A DNA stretch of 64,000 nt, taken from positions 22,568,001 through 22,632,000 of the forward strand of contig NC_086102.1 in NCBI RefSeq assembly GCF_963921235.1, given 5' to 3'. The position numbers and the translations under genes are program-made. Source of the stretch: Mobula hypostoma (taxonomy: Eukaryota). The notes beneath the pieces were generated by a model, which worked only from the letters and a program-made list of their open reading frames with translations, made no database searches and was not told where the DNA came from. Below, piece by piece: positions 63,235-64,000 of the stretch. Every line of letters starts with the position of its first letter. Positions within the stretch are counted from its first letter, which is position 1.

Positions 63235-64000
63235 TTTATCATCTATATCAATGATCTTGATGATAATGTGGTTAACTGGATCAGCAAATTTGCAGATGAC
63301 ACCAAGATTGGGGGTGTAGTGGATGGTGAGGAAGGCTATCAGAGCTTGCAGCAGGATCTGGACCAGATGGAAAAGTGGACTGAAAAATAGCAGATGGACT
63401 TTATTGCAGACAAGTTTTGTACTTTAGTAGGACCAACCAGGGAAGGTCTTACACAGTGAATGACAGGGTACCGAGGAGTGCTACAGAACAAAGGATCTGG
63501 GAATACAGGTCCATAATTCATTGAATGTAGCATCACAAGTAGATAGGGTTGTAGAGAAAGCTTCTGGCACATTGGCTTCATAAATCAAAGTATAGGAGGT
63601 AGGATGTTATGTTGAAGTTGTATAAGATGTTGGTGAGGCCTAATTTGAAGTACTGTGTGCAGTTTTGGTCACCCACAGAGAACAATGAAAATAAGGTTGA
63701 AAGAGTACAGAGAAAGTTTACAAGGATATTGCTGGTACTGGAGGACCTGAGCTATAAGGAAAGATTGATAGGGTAGGACTTTGTTCCTTGGAATGTAGAA
63801 GATTAAAGGGGGATTTGATAGAGGCATACAAAATTATGAGGGGCATGGATATGGTAAATGCAAGCAGGCTTTTTCCACTGAGGATGGGTGGGACGACAAG
63901 TAGAGGTCATGGGTTAAGGGTGGAAAGTGAAAGGTTTAAGGGGAACATGAGGGGAAACCTCTTCACTCTGAGGGTCGTGAGCATGTGGACAGCACAAGTG
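63235..64000 (+). mobile_element. CR1 RT/3' fragment running off the window
   Basis: IYINDLDDNVVNWISKFADDTKIGGVVD...LQQDLDQMEKW. Confidence 0.9.

Overview
Vertebrate genomic DNA, about two-thirds decayed transposable elements. The repeat mix (CR1, Rex1/Babar, V-SINE/HE1-type SINEs, Neptune-type Penelope) suggests a cartilaginous fish, probably a ray; this is an inference. The one host gene is an IGSF5 (JAM4)-like gene on the + strand. Six coding exons join in frame with GT-AG sites: signal peptide 33638-33683, IgV 35389-35703, IgC-like 39364-39663, transmembrane 44935-45051, a 25-nt exon 46045-46069 and cytoplasmic 55631-55728. Together they give 300 codons; the terminal exon was not identified. 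Most notable observations: (1) Penelope-type terminal repeats carrying minimal type I hammerhead ribozymes, including an ~850-bp palindrome with one ribozyme on each strand; (2) a G-rich minisatellite apparently expanded from a piece of the same repeat; (3) a full-length but inactivated Buster/Charlie hAT transposon with a nested solo LTR; (4) repeated hAT insertion at the same 8-mer in CR1 tails; (5) a fold-back mariner MITE with five TIR copies; (6) two candidate promoters/first exons upstream of the ATG exon. There are no prokaryotic features and no CRISPR array. All coordinates and similarities were read by eye; repeat boundaries are approximate, to tens of bp.
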